Below are positions 45,873 through 56,308 of a DNA stretch of 64,000 nt, piece after piece; positions within the stretch are counted from its first letter, which is position 1; each line of letters starts with the position of its first letter. Source of the DNA: Sphingobacteriaceae bacterium (GTDB taxonomy: Bacteria > Bacteroidota > Bacteroidia > Sphingobacteriales > Sphingobacteriaceae); assembly GCA_043763625.1 (NCBI GenBank), contig JAYULL010000171.1, forward strand, positions 16,077-80,076. The letters run 5' to 3'. Below the pieces are notes generated by a model. That model did no database searches. It worked only from the letters and a program-made list of their open reading frames with translations, and was not told the origin of the DNA. A program made the translations under genes and the position numbers.

Positions 45873-46817
45873 TTAAATCTTTAATGAAGCAATTTGTTCT
45901 TTTGCTTGCATAAATTCCCGCCAAATTTCATCCACCACTTGTGCCGCCGGTTTTATTTCTTTTAAGCTTGCGGATACTTGCCCGATTTCTAACTCACCCT
46001 GTTGCAAATCTCCTTCAAACATACCAATTCGAGATCTTCCTTTGCCTAAAATAGCCGCAAGTTCTTCAATTCCGGCCCCACGCACTTCTGCTTTTTCGAC
46101 AGCGCGGGCAAATTCATTTTTCAATAGCCTTACCGGCACTAATTGTTTTAAAGAAAGTTTAGTGTCGCCTTCTCCCGAATCAATAATAGCCTTTTTAAAG
46201 TTTAGGTGAGCAGACGATTCTTCGCTTGTTGCGAAAGCCGTTCCGATTTGTACGCCTTCGGCTCCTAAAGCAAAAGCGGCAAGCATTGCTTTTCCGCCGG
46301 CAATTCCCCCTGCAGCAATCACGGGAATTGTTACTGCATCGGCAACAGCCGGAATTAAGCAAAGTGTTGTAGTTTCTTCGCGTCCGTTATGGCCGCCCGC
46401 CTCAAAACCTTCGGCGACAACAGCATCTACTCCGGCATTTTGGGCTTTTACTGCAAACTTGCTGCTCGAAACAACATGAACAAGGGTAATGCCTTTCTCT
46501 TTAAGGAAGCCGCTCCACGTTGCCGGGTTTCCCGCCGAGGTAAAAACTATCTTAATGCCTTCTTCAACTATCAAATTTAAAACTTCTTCAGCCTTGCCTG
46601 CAATTAACGGAACATTTATGCCGAAAGGATTTGCTGTTGCCGCTTTACATTTCCGGATGTGTTTACGAAGGATTTCCGGGCTCATCGATCCCGAGCCGAT
46701 TAAGCCTAATCCACCTGCATTTGACACTGCTGAAGCCAACCTCCACCCGCTGCACCATACCATTCCGGCTTGTATTATAGGATACTTAATAGCGAAAAGC
46801 GAAGAAATTCTGTTCAT
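45873..46817 (-). CDS. Nitronate monooxygenase / FMN-dependent NAD(P)H oxidoreductase (FabK-like)
   Basis: 314 aa with IIQAGMVWCS and GFEAGGH...PVIAAGGIA motifs. Confidence 0.8.
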   Translation of the reverse strand: MNRISSLFAIKYPIIQAGMVWCSGWRLASAVSNAGGLGLIGSGSMSPEILRKHIRKCKAATANPFGINVPLIAGKAEEVLNLIVEEGIKIVFTSAGNPATWSGFLKEKGITLVHVVSSSKFAVKAQNAGVDAVVAEGFEAGGHNGREETTTLCLIPAVADAVTIPVIAAGGIAGGKAMLAAFALGAEGVQIGTAFATSEESSAHLNFKKAIIDSGEGDTKLSLKQLVPVRLLKNEFARAVEKAEVRGAGIEELAAILGKGRSRIGMFEGDLQQGELEIGQVSASLKEIKPAAQVVDEIWREFMQAKEQIASLKI

Positions 46818-46831
46818 CCTGCGAAAATAAT

Positions 46832-48010
46832 CTAAACTAACTTTAACACTTTAGAATCTTTAGTAAGCTTTAAGCCTTTAGTATTGGTAATGAGATTAAG
46901 TCCGGGAGTTTTTCCGGGATCTAAACTGCCGAACCTGTCTGATATTTTTAAAGCTTTAGCGCCGTTTAAAGTTGCCCATGATATTGTTTCTTCCAGATTT
47001 ATGTCTGTAAAATTTTCATGAAGAAGCTTTAACTCGTTAAAAATAGACAATCCTGTATTAGAAGCAAGGCTATCCGTGCCTAAGGTTATGTTGAAATCAT
47101 CGAATAAAAAAAAGTCGATTTTAGGCAGTCTCTGTTCGATATACAAATTTGCTCCGGGACAAAAACACCAAGTAATTTCTTTAATAAACCGCCTAACAAA
47201 ATAGATGTCTTTTAAACTTGTATAAGTATTATGGACCAGCATAACCTTAGATTCTTTAACAAGAAGCGGGATAATGCTTTGCAGAGAATTGCGTGCTTGA
47301 GGCTTGAAAAAACCAATGGGAACGTTTATGCTTTGATAAAAGTCCAAAAAACCGCCGGTTTTGTAGCGATAAAACTTATTTTCTTCTTCACTTTCTTGAT
47401 TGTGAATTGAAAGTACGCATTCGGACTCTACACAGTTTGCGTTGATAAGCTTCAGGAGCTCTTTACAAACAGAATAGGACGCATGCGGCACTAACGAAGC
47501 CGGCAAACTTCCAAAGGCTTCTTTGAGTTTTAACCCGGCTTCGTAAACATGATTTGCTTTTTCCGGATTAAAACCAATTAACTCTAAAAAGGTATGGTAA
47601 TAAATTTGGCTGTTTTGCTTTACCTGTTTTGAAACCGATGAATTTGAAATATCTCCAACAGCAACAATTCCGTTCTCCCACATTTCCCTATCCGCCCTAT
47701 CCATGGCCTCTCTTATAACTTCCTCAGAAAAATCAGAGCGACTCGAAATAATTTTTCTGATAAAGGGAATCAGCCCTTCGCCTTGATCAATTTTTTTATA
47801 AAGGTGGGAGAGTTCTAAATGGCAATGGGCATTTACAAAACCGGGAACTATGAGGCCTTTGTGTTTTTCGACCTGTAAAGAATTTTCCGGAGAGAGATTT
47901 TGAGGAGAAAAAATTTCGAGAATCTTACCGGCTTCGTTAACAGCTATGATTCCATCTTTTATCGGCGAGCTTGTAACGGGGAGGACATAATCTGCTGAAT
48001 AAAATTTCAT
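46832..48010 (-). CDS. Amidohydrolase family metal-dependent hydrolase/deaminase
   Basis: 392 aa with the HxH metal motif FVNAHCHLELS. Confidence 0.7.
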   Translation of the reverse strand: MKFYSADYVLPVTSSPIKDGIIAVNEAGKILEIFSPQNLSPENSLQVEKHKGLIVPGFVNAHCHLELSHLYKKIDQGEGLIPFIRKIISSRSDFSEEVIREAMDRADREMWENGIVAVGDISNSSVSKQVKQNSQIYYHTFLELIGFNPEKANHVYEAGLKLKEAFGSLPASLVPHASYSVCKELLKLINANCVESECVLSIHNQESEEENKFYRYKTGGFLDFYQSINVPIGFFKPQARNSLQSIIPLLVKESKVMLVHNTYTSLKDIYFVRRFIKEITWCFCPGANLYIEQRLPKIDFFLFDDFNITLGTDSLASNTGLSIFNELKLLHENFTDINLEETISWATLNGAKALKISDRFGSLDPGKTPGLNLITNTKGLKLTKDSKVLKLV

Positions 48011-48118
48011 CTATAGCAACTCAGCGACCAACACTTTTATGATTAATTGATTTGTAAAAGTAGTTTAAATTTTTTTCCTCAATAATTCTAAGGGAACTTT
48101 TATCTGTAACTTTGGCGT

Positions 48119-49171
48119 GTGCATCAGGGAGTTAAAAAGAACGACATACGGAATTTAAGTTTAGAAGAGCTGAAAAACCGATTAACAGAAAGTGGCGAAC
48201 AAGCCTTTAGAGCTAAGCAAATTTATGAGTGGATCTGGATGAAATCTGCCTCCGGCTTTGATGAAATGAGCAATCTTTCGAAGGAGCTGAGAGTAAAACT
48301 GAACGGAAAGTTTTCTATAAACCCGGCAACAATTTTCAACTCCCAATATAGTTCAGACAAAACCATAAAAAACACCTTTAAACTTTACGACGGAAATATT
48401 ATAGAGGGAGTTCTAATTCCCACCACGGAAAGAATGACCGCTTGTGTTAGTTCGCAAGTAGGCTGTAGCTTAACCTGCAAGTTCTGTGCTACCGGTTACA
48501 TGGAACGCAAGCGGAACTTAGACGCAGCCGAGATTTACGATCAGGTGGTTTTGATAAATAAACAAGCGATAGAGAATTACGGGTTGCCGCTAACCAATAT
48601 TGTTTACATGGGCATGGGCGAGCCTCTGCTGAATTACGCAAACGTTCTTCATTCTATCGATCGGCTTACTGCTGAAGACGGCTTAAATATGTCTTACAAA
48701 AGAATTACAGTGTCAACCGCCGGAATAGCAAAAATGATTAAAAAGCTTGGCGATGACAAGGTGAAGTTTAATCTGGCACTTTCTCTACACGCAGCAAATG
48801 ACGATAAGCGAAACGAAATTATGCCGATAAACGAACAAAATTCGCTTAAAGCTTTAGCCGAAGCACTAAAGTATTATTTCGCTATTACTAAAAATCCGGT
48901 TACCTACGAGTATATCCTTTTCGATAATTTTAACGACACTTTACAAGACGCAGCTGAGTTGGTTAAATTCTGTAAGCATCTTCCGTGCAAGGTAAATATC
49001 ATTGAATATAATCCGATCTCTTTTGCCTCATTTGAAAATGCAGATGAAGATAAAACAGAAGCTTTTGCAGCATATTTACGAAAGCAAGGGGTCAATACAA
49101 ATATTCGTCGCAGTCGCGGTAAAGACATTGATGCTGCTTGCGGACAGTTAGCGGTTAAAGAAAAAGTCTAA
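48119..49171 (+). CDS. rlmN: 23S rRNA/tRNA (adenine-C2)-methyltransferase RlmN (radical SAM)
   Basis: CxxxCxxC motif GCSLTCKFCATG. A C-terminal catalytic Cys lies in DIDAACGQL. Confidence 0.9.
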   Translation: MHQGVKKNDIRNLSLEELKNRLTESGEQAFRAKQIYEWIWMKSASGFDEMSNLSKELRVKLNGKFSINPATIFNSQYSSDKTIKNTFKLYDGNIIEGVLIPTTERMTACVSSQVGCSLTCKFCATGYMERKRNLDAAEIYDQVVLINKQAIENYGLPLTNIVYMGMGEPLLNYANVLHSIDRLTAEDGLNMSYKRITVSTAGIAKMIKKLGDDKVKFNLALSLHAANDDKRNEIMPINEQNSLKALAEALKYYFAITKNPVTYEYILFDNFNDTLQDAAELVKFCKHLPCKVNIIEYNPISFASFENADEDKTEAFAAYLRKQGVNTNIRRSRGKDIDAACGQLAVKEKV

Positions 49172-49202
49172 CATTTTTCTTCCTTTCGCCGTAAACGGGC
49201 GG

Positions 49203-49901
49203 ATGAATGTGGTTTACGAATATGTAAAAGACTTCTGTTCACTCTTTTTCCCTGAGCTCTGCGCCGGGTGTCATACTGATCTGGTTAAAAACGAGCACGT
49301 TATTTGTACAGGCTGTCTTTACAATCTTCCCTACACTGATTTTCATTTAGATTCCGGAAACCTTGCAGCAAAGCAACTTTACGGCCGCGTTCCCTTTGTT
49401 TCTTGTTCTTCGTTTTTAAACTTTACTAAGGGCTCGAAGGTTCAAAACTTAATGCATGCGCTTAAATACAAAAACCGGCAAGATGTGGGTTTGAAACTCG
49501 GGGAAATGTACGGCCGGGCATTGTTGAAATCCGATTCTTTAAAGTCTGCAGATTTAATTGCTTCTGTTCCCCTCCATTTAGGTAAACTCAGGAAAAGAGG
49601 TTACAATCAAAGCGACTGCTTTGCAGAAGGACTTTCTAATAGTTTGCAAATTACTTTTGACAAAACACTATTAATCCGGAAAGTAAACACCGACACGCAA
49701 ACTCATAAATCACGATTCGAACGTTTTGAAAACATGAAAGAAATATTTGCGGTAAAGGAACCGCAAAAGATATTGGGTAAACATATTATTTTAGTGGATG
49801 ATGTTTTAACAACCGGAGCAACGTTAGAGGCTTGTGCTTTAGAGCTGCTGAAAACGTCGGGAGTAAAAGTCAGTATAGCTACGATTGCCTATACTAATTG
49901 A
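49203..49901 (+). CDS. comF: ComF family phosphoribosyltransferase-domain protein
   Basis: An N-terminal Cys4 motif (CAGC...CTGC) is present, plus the PRTase motif ILVDDVLTTGATL. Confidence 0.75.
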   Translation: MNVVYEYVKDFCSLFFPELCAGCHTDLVKNEHVICTGCLYNLPYTDFHLDSGNLAAKQLYGRVPFVSCSSFLNFTKGSKVQNLMHALKYKNRQDVGLKLGEMYGRALLKSDSLKSADLIASVPLHLGKLRKRGYNQSDCFAEGLSNSLQITFDKTLLIRKVNTDTQTHKSRFERFENMKEIFAVKEPQKILGKHIILVDDVLTTGATLEACALELLKTSGVKVSIATIAYTN

Positions 49902-49917
49902 ATCATTTTAAAAAAAG

Positions 49918-49951
49918 AAAGAGCAGTAGGTTTGGGGCCATGCTGCTCTTT
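49918..49951. terminator. Possible bidirectional terminator between comF and glyA
   Basis: A 9-bp stem aaagagcag/ctgctcttt is preceded by an A-rich run. Confidence 0.35.
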
Positions 49952-50088
49952 CAAATTAACGCTCTCAATTACTTATATCTATTAACCACAAACTTTTTCT
50001 TTTGTTGTAGCCGGTTTAGAAAAAAATGAGAAAAACTCATAACATTTTGATAATCAACGAGAAAAAATTAATAATTTTTTAAAACGTC

Positions 50089-51366
50089 CTAGCTTTCCTT
50101 ATAAAGCGGGTGACTTTCCATCAATTCGTTCACCTTTTTACTCACCTTTTTCAAGTTACTTTCGTTATCAGGCTGAGTAATTACACTGTCAATTAGTTCC
50201 ACGATTTTTTCCATGTGCTTTTCTTTCAATCCACGAGTGGTAATTGCAGCAGTACCGACGCGAATTCCTGAAGTAACAAAAGGTGAACGGTCGTCAAACG
50301 GGACCATATTTTTATTAACGGTAATATCTGCTTTACCTAATATTTCTTCTGCAACTTTGCCGGTAATATTTTTATTCCGAAGATCGATTAACATTAAATG
50401 ATTATCAGTTCCTCCCGAGATAATCTTGTAATTTCTTTCGACAAAAGTTTGCGCCATTGCGGCCGCATTTTTCTTTACCTGAAGAATGTACTTCATGTAC
50501 GAGTCGCTCAATGCCTCACCGAAAGCAATTGCCTTAGCAGCTATAATATGTTCTAACGGCCCGCCCTGCGTTCCCGGGAAAACAGCCATATCTAATAAAG
50601 ACGACATCATTCTGATTTCGCCTTTCGGAGTTTTTAAACCGAAGGGATTTTCGAAATCTTTACCCAGCATAATCATTCCGCCGCGTGGTCCGCGAAGAGT
50701 TTTATGAGTAGTTGTAGTAACAACGTGACAATGAGGAAGCGGATCATCGAGCAAACCTCTGGCGATTAATCCGGCAGGATGGGAAATATCTGCAACAACT
50801 AAAGCCCCGATTTGATCTGCAACGTTTCGCAGAAATTTATAATCCCATTCGCGTGAATAAGCGGAAGCGCCGCAAATAATCACTTTTGGTTTTTCAACCA
50901 AGGCTGTTTCTTCTAATTTTTTATAATCTATTAAGCCGGTCTCTCGATCTACCCCGTAAAACAAAGGGCTGTATAGTTTACCGGAGAAGTTAACAGGCGA
51001 ACCATGAGTTAAGTGGCCGCCGTGAGAAAGATCAAAACCTAAAATTTTATCGCCGGGTTGAAGAAGAGCTAAAAAAACCGCAGCGTTAGCTTGGGCGCCG
51101 GAATGTGGTTGAACATTAACCCATTCAGCATTGAAAAGTTGCTTTCCACGTTCTATCGCTATATTTTCAATTTCGTCAACAACTTCGCAACCGCCGTAAT
51201 ATCTTTTTCCGGGAAGGCCTTCTGCATATTTATTTGTAAGTACAGATCCGGCTGCTTCCATTACTTGCTTACTCACAAAATTTTCTGATGCAATAAGTTC
51301 AAGTCCGTTTTCTTGCCTCTCCTGCTCCTCTTCAATCAGTTTAAATATAAGTTTGTCTTTCTTCAT
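50089..51366 (-). CDS. glyA: Serine hydroxymethyltransferase
   Basis: 425 aa with the PLP-lysine block [14 protein letters not shown]. Confidence 0.95.
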   Translation of the reverse strand: MKKDKLIFKLIEEEQERQENGLELIASENFVSKQVMEAAGSVLTNKYAEGLPGKRYYGGCEVVDEIENIAIERGKQLFNAEWVNVQPHSGAQANAAVFLALLQPGDKILGFDLSHGGHLTHGSPVNFSGKLYSPLFYGVDRETGLIDYKKLEETALVEKPKVIICGASAYSREWDYKFLRNVADQIGALVVADISHPAGLIARGLLDDPLPHCHVVTTTTHKTLRGPRGGMIMLGKDFENPFGLKTPKGEIRMMSSLLDMAVFPGTQGGPLEHIIAAKAIAFGEALSDSYMKYILQVKKNAAAMAQTFVERNYKIISGGTDNHLMLIDLRNKNITGKVAEEILGKADITVNKNMVPFDDRSPFVTSGIRVGTAAITTRGLKEKHMEKIVELIDSVITQPDNESNLKKVSKKVNELMESHPLYKES

Positions 51367-51547
51367 TTTGTACCCGCGTTGTTAAAGGCGCAAAATTAAG
51401 ATAATTATTTTTCTAATACTAAAGAAGTTAACTTAGTTGTGAGCGAAGATTTGAAGGCAGTGAGCGCAGTCATAGTCAAACAATTTTTAGGTTTTGCCGT
51501 TTCAAAATCGCGTATATCGCATTTAACTTATTAAACTAATATAATTA

Positions 51548-52693
51548 ATGAATTCTACCTACGACTACCTCATTGTCGGCTCCGGTTTGTTTGGAGCTGT
51601 ATTTGCACACGAAGCAAAAAAAGCAGGAAAAAGATGTTTGGTAATTGACAAAAGAAACCATGCCGGAGGGAATGTTTTTTGTAGGGAAGTTGAAGGAATA
51701 AACGTTCATGCTTACGGAGCTCATATTTTTCATACCAACGATAAAGAAATTTGGGATTACGTGAATCAATTTGTCGAATTTAACCGGTATACCAATTCGC
51801 CTGTTGCCAATTACTACGGCGAGCTTTACAATCTTCCGTTCAACATGAATACCTTTTACAAACTTTGGGGAACCAAAACACCGGAGGAGGCTCAACAAAA
51901 AATTGCCGAACAAATCGGAGATCTTGATATTAAAGAACCTCAAAACTTGGAAGAACAGGCTTTAATGCTTGTCGGGAGAGATATCTACGAAAAACTTATA
52001 AAACATTATACCGAAAAACAATGGGGCAGGAGAGCTACAGAATTGCCTCCTTTTATCATCAAACGTTTGCCCGTGCGCTTTACTTTCGATAACAACTACT
52101 TTAACGATAAATACCAAGGTATCCCGATAGGAGGCTATAATAAACTTATAGAAGGTTTGCTTGCCGGGATTGAAACTCGAGTAAATGTTGACTTTTTTAA
52201 AGAGCGAGAAGAGCTATCAGCATTAGCCGACAAGGTAGTTTATACCGGTAAGATCGACGAGTATTTTGGTTTTCAATTCGGGGAGCTAGAATATCGGAGT
52301 CTTAGTTTTGAAGATGAAATTTTAAATACTTCAAATTATCAAGGTAATGCCGTGGTTAACTATAACGATGCCGAAACCAAGTTTACTCGAATAATCGAGC
52401 ATAAACATTTCGAGTTCGGCACGCAGCCGAAAACCGTAATTACTCGAGAGTATCCGGTAACCGGAGGACATGGGGTGGAACCCTATTATCCGGTAAACGA
52501 CGAGAAAAATAGCGGAATTTTAAAAAAATACCAAGAGCTGGCTTCTAAAGAGAGTAATATAATATTCGGAGGACGCTTAGCCGAGTATCGTTACTATGAT
52601 ATGCACCAAGTTGTGGGGTCAGCGTTAGCAAAAGTGCGTAAAGAACCGGAAGTAAAATCGACTATGCCGGATTTAGTATCACAGCGCACGTAA
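51548..52693 (+). CDS. glf: UDP-galactopyranose mutase
   Basis: 381 aa with the FAD motif IVGSGLFGAV, plus GGRLAEYRYYDM. Confidence 0.9.
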   Translation: MNSTYDYLIVGSGLFGAVFAHEAKKAGKRCLVIDKRNHAGGNVFCREVEGINVHAYGAHIFHTNDKEIWDYVNQFVEFNRYTNSPVANYYGELYNLPFNMNTFYKLWGTKTPEEAQQKIAEQIGDLDIKEPQNLEEQALMLVGRDIYEKLIKHYTEKQWGRRATELPPFIIKRLPVRFTFDNNYFNDKYQGIPIGGYNKLIEGLLAGIETRVNVDFFKEREELSALADKVVYTGKIDEYFGFQFGELEYRSLSFEDEILNTSNYQGNAVVNYNDAETKFTRIIEHKHFEFGTQPKTVITREYPVTGGHGVEPYYPVNDEKNSGILKKYQELASKESNIIFGGRLAEYRYYDMHQVVGSALAKVRKEPEVKSTMPDLVSQRT

Positions 52694-52794
52694 AAACGTG
52701 TTTTTTCTCCTCTTCCGGGATAACCGGCCCGAAAATCTGCGTTGCAATTATAAGTTTACTGCTTATATTTGCGCCCGAACTTGATTCAGTTAAA

Positions 52795-53781
52795 ATGAGA
52801 GAAATACAATTCAGAGAGGCCCTTCGCGAAGCATTAAATGAAGAGATGCGCAAAGACGAAAAGATTTTTTTAATGGGCGAAGAAGTTGCTGAATATAACG
52901 GTGCGTATAAAGTAAGTCAGGGAATGTTGGAAGAGTTCGGCGCAAAACGAATTATTGATACTCCGATTGCGGAACTCGGATTTGCCGGAATAGGCGCCGG
53001 AGCTGCGATGAACGGGTTGCGACCGATTATCGAATTCATGACGTTTAACTTTTCTCTTGTTGCAATAGATCAAATTATAAACGGTGCGGCCAAGATTTTG
53101 TCGATGAGCGGGGGCCAAATAGGTTGTCCGATCGTATTCCGAGGCCCGACCGGTAATGCCGGACAATTAGGAGCCCAACACTCCCAAAACTTCGAAAATT
53201 GGTACGCAAACTGCCCCGGTTTAAAAGTAGTTGTTCCGTCGACTCCTTATGATGCCAAAGGATTATTAAAACAATCTATAATAGACAATGATCCTGTTAT
53301 ATTCATGGAATCAGAGTTAATGTACGGGGATAAAGGGCAGGTGCCGGAAGAGGAATACTATTTAGAGATAGGCAAGGCGAATGTAGTTAAAGAAGGAGCA
53401 GACGTTACAATTGTCACTTTCGGGAAAATGCTCTCACGCGTGGTCCTTCCTGCGGTTGAAGAATTAACAAAAGAAGGGATAAACGCCGAAATAATTGATT
53501 TACGTACGGTTCGCCCGATTGACTATGCCACAGTTATAGAATCGGTAAAGAAAACAAACCGACTGGTAATTGTTGAAGAAGCTTGGCCCTTGGGCTCAAT
53601 AGCTACCGAAATTACTTTTAAAGTTCAAAAAGATGCATTTGATTTTTTAGACGCTCCTATTTTGCGGGTGGTTTGCGCTGATGTTCCACTTCCTTATGCA
53701 CCAACTTTAATTAAAGAAGCGCTGCCGAGTGCAGAAAAAGTTATTAAGGCCGTTAAAGAAGTACTATACGTTACCAAATAA
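52795..53781 (+). CDS. pdhB: Pyruvate/2-oxoacid dehydrogenase E1 component beta subunit
   Basis: 328 aa with a transketolase-like pyrimidine-binding domain (IDTPIAELGFAGIG). Confidence 0.85.
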   Translation: MREIQFREALREALNEEMRKDEKIFLMGEEVAEYNGAYKVSQGMLEEFGAKRIIDTPIAELGFAGIGAGAAMNGLRPIIEFMTFNFSLVAIDQIINGAAKILSMSGGQIGCPIVFRGPTGNAGQLGAQHSQNFENWYANCPGLKVVVPSTPYDAKGLLKQSIIDNDPVIFMESELMYGDKGQVPEEEYYLEIGKANVVKEGADVTIVTFGKMLSRVVLPAVEELTKEGINAEIIDLRTVRPIDYATVIESVKKTNRLVIVEEAWPLGSIATEITFKVQKDAFDFLDAPILRVVCADVPLPYAPTLIKEALPSAEKVIKAVKEVLYVTK

Positions 53782-53861
53782 TTTTTGAATGTTATACTAA
53801 TTGAATGCCGTTTTACAGACGACTTTTCCGGAGGTGATACTTAGCTACTCCGCAGATACCA

Positions 53862-54344
53862 TTACATTAAATCGTCTAAGCTTATTTGCCTTTTGATGCT
53901 TTCTTCTAGTGAGATAAAAGTTTCCGTTCGTTGAATTCCTTCTACAGCCTGTATAGATTCATTTAAAACATGCCTTAAATGATTTGTATCTCTGCAAATT
54001 ATTTTGGCGAACATACTGTATGCCCCGGTACAATAATGCATTTCTACTATCTCTTTAACTTTTTTAAGCTTTTCTACAGCGTCCTTGTAAATTGATCCTT
54101 TTTCTAAATAGATACCTAAAAAGGCACACACATCGTAGCCGATTTTTTGAGCATCTATCAGAAGATTAGAGCCTTTAATTATTCCCAAATCCTGCATTTT
54201 CTTCATACGTACATGGATAGTTCCACCGGAAACTATAAGTCTTTTTGCAATTTCGGTATACGGAATAGTTGCATCCTCCATCAATACAGAGAGAATCTGC
54301 AAATCAAGATTATCAATTTCTAAATTTAGGGCTCGTTTTTCCAT
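53862..54344 (-). CDS. Lrp/AsnC family transcriptional regulator
   Basis: LDLQILSVLMEDATIPYTEIAKRLIVSGGTIHVRMKKM is the HTH, followed by a RAM domain. The ATG at 54344 is preferred. Confidence 0.85.
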   Translation of the reverse strand: MEKRALNLEIDNLDLQILSVLMEDATIPYTEIAKRLIVSGGTIHVRMKKMQDLGIIKGSNLLIDAQKIGYDVCAFLGIYLEKGSIYKDAVEKLKKVKEIVEMHYCTGAYSMFAKIICRDTNHLRHVLNESIQAVEGIQRTETFISLEESIKRQISLDDLM

Positions 54345-54485
54345 CGTCTTTTGAAAAGATAACAATCGTTAAACGAAGTAAATAAAAAAATAATAAAAAT
54401 TAAAATAAATTGTTAAAATATTTGCAAAGGAATACTCATTTGCTTTAAATTTGTATCAAGCAAATCGAAAGAAAAGTTTAGTTCT

Positions 54486-54595
54486 TGTAGGGTGGTGAAA
54501 TTGGCAGACACACCTCCTTGTCTCGGTGGCGGAGAGCATGGAAAATCCGGAAACGGGCTAACCACTCCTTGAAGGTTCGACTCCTTCCCCTACAG
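54486..54595 (+). tRNA. tRNA-like gene of atypical length (~110 nt); isotype and anticodon could not be assigned by eye
   Basis: There is a 7-bp acceptor stem (tgtaggg/ccctaca) and a type-II (Leu-like) D arm tggtgaaattggcagacac. The T arm gaagg-ttcgact-ccttc is perfect, and a terminator follows. The ~58-nt central region contains no canonical 5-bp/7-nt anticodon arm. Confidence 0.45.
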
Positions 54596-54666
54596 CTCCT
54601 TTCGTTTAATTTAGGTTTATAATTGGTTAGTTTGAAAAAGTCCCGCCGCCCGGTAGGGACTTTTTT
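54583..54666 (+). repeat. 84-bp direct repeat, left copy (attL-like; includes the tRNA-like 3' end and its terminator)
   Basis: It matches 56309-56392 at 83 of 84 positions. Confidence 0.85.
54639..54666 (+). terminator. Rho-independent terminator of the tRNA-like gene
   Basis: agtccc gccgcccggta gggact followed by ttttt. Confidence 0.6.
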
Positions 54667-54842
54667 GTTTTAACGCTCTCAGAGGGCATTTCTAGCCTTC
54701 TCTTTTTAGTGACTTTAATAGAAAAATCGATAGTTTAACTCAAGCTGATGCCAAATTGATGCCACGACTCTTCGCGTTAATCTCAATATCTTCAAGTCTT
54801 TAGAATCTTTAATTATTACTGCCTCGTCTAAAAAATTGACAT

Positions 54843-55244
54843 ATGGCTATAGTAAATTATGATTATCCCTTTAATCCAACATGCAGTAAACCACTAGTAA
54901 GCGGTAAGAGGCTTCTGGACAGATGGTCCGTTTATTTTTACTACTTCCACAAGGGAGTTAGAAAGCAATATAAAGTTTCAGCAGGGCTAAACAATAAAGA
55001 AGACTCTCTTGCTGATCGAAAAGGCAAAGCTGCGATTGTGCAAAAGTCACTAATAGAGAAATTAGCGACACGAGAGCTTGATACAGAAACGGGTTACTTT
55101 CGAAAGTCTGCTTCAGAAGGTACGATGTTGTCCGACCTTATAAAAGAATACCTTGAAACAACAAGGAATCTGGTAGTTTCTCACACGTATGCGAACTATA
55201 AAACGATCTTTAAGAGCTTTCTTGAGTACACAATTAGCCTCTAA
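54843..55244 (+). pseudogene. Tyrosine integrase, N-terminal arm/SAM-like part only (truncated)
   Basis: 133 aa. RWSVYFYYFHKGVRKQYKVSAGLN...RKGKAAIVQKSLIEKL resembles the Bacteroidota integrase N-terminal arm domain. No catalytic domain follows. Confidence 0.5.
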
Positions 55245-55319
55245 ATTCAAATAAAGCAAGAGCCCTTATTTCCTAACCAATCATTATCTTAGACAATGCA
55301 TCGGTCAGAGATCTGTAAA

Positions 55320-56048
55320 ATGAAAAAAGTCTTATTACTATCGTTATCAGCAGTATTGCTGGTCACTGCATGCAAAAAATCAAAGCCTGAAACCAAGCAA
55401 GACGAAGTTTGCATAGTAAAATCCATAGAACTACATGGAAATAAAATCATTAAATATTCCTTCTCCTATGATGATAAAGGGAGAATTGTAAAAAAAAATA
55501 ATTCGTGGCCATATTATTGGACCTATACTTATCTAACTGATAAAATAATTTTAGGTTACTCTCATACTTCAAGCACTGATACTTTAGATTTAGATGCAAA
55601 CGGAAGAATAAAATATCGGAACGGATATACTTACAAATATAATGAAGAGGGTTATTTAATTGAAGCTATAACCAAGGAGGGAGAGACTATGACACTTACT
55701 TACCAAAACGGTAATCCTGTTAAGATCGTTGCTGCATATCAGTTAGATAATGGACCTTATATAGAAACTACTACTTTTGAATACAACAATGAGCCTTATC
55801 AAACCCTGAGAGGATTGTTTGGACAACCCTTATTCCAAGCTGTTATTGATGACAGTTCTCTCGTTCCATACTTGGGCAAATCTCCTAAAAATATGTTGAT
55901 CAAGGAAACTGTAAAGCAAGGTGACTTTCTTTCTTACGTTACAACGTACACCTATGAAAAGGATACACAGGGCAATATAAACTCAATTAAAGAAATCAAT
56001 CCTGAAGGAGTTCAAAGAGAAGAAAAGTTAACTTACCAGTGTAAATAA
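55320..56048 (+). CDS. Lipoprotein with YD/Rhs-like short repeats, hypothetical
   Basis: The signal is MKKVLLLSLSAVLLVTAC. Motifs YSFSYDDKGRIV, YKYNEEGYLIEA and YTYEKDTQGNINS recur. Confidence 0.55.
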   Translation: MKKVLLLSLSAVLLVTACKKSKPETKQDEVCIVKSIELHGNKIIKYSFSYDDKGRIVKKNNSWPYYWTYTYLTDKIILGYSHTSSTDTLDLDANGRIKYRNGYTYKYNEEGYLIEAITKEGETMTLTYQNGNPVKIVAAYQLDNGPYIETTTFEYNNEPYQTLRGLFGQPLFQAVIDDSSLVPYLGKSPKNMLIKETVKQGDFLSYVTTYTYEKDTQGNINSIKEINPEGVQREEKLTYQCK

Positions 56049-56308
56049 TAAGTCACACCATCCCAATACCTACCTTACCCTCTTTTTGCTGCTTATCGAT
56101 GGATAAGGTAGGCTTGGTCTTTCGTTTGTTCGGGTATGTTCTGTAGCAATTATTTTATAAGGTCACTGCGCTTACTTCGCCACTATAGGTACGTTCAGTG
56201 CTGATATGTAAGTTAGTCTATAATTAGTGTTCCTTGAGGTCTTGAAAATAATATTTATGCAATATTGATGCTAAAATTTGGTAACGACTTTTCTAACTAA
56301 CTGATACC

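Noticed and set aside
45787-45924. 46-codon N-terminal extension of the acylphosphatase ORF overlapping the upstream oxidoreductase gene.
   Set aside because: The acylphosphatase family starts at MKHLNITVHGKVQGV. The extension overlaps the 3' end of the preceding gene by 52 nt and has no homologous feel.
51545-51943. 132-aa minus-strand ORF.
   Set aside because: It is entirely antisense to the well-supported glf gene. The same reasoning applies to the many 60-115-aa antisense ORFs inside hsdR, the oxidoreductase, GH127, clpC, ettA and others.
54366-54485. AT-rich 120-bp region upstream of the tRNA-like gene, examined for a Bacteroidota TAnnTTTG -7 box or the 5' part of a tmRNA.
   Set aside because: No exact TAnnTTTG lies at a sensible distance, and there is no GGGG..TTCGAC tmRNA 5' end. 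I cannot support a promoter call by eye.
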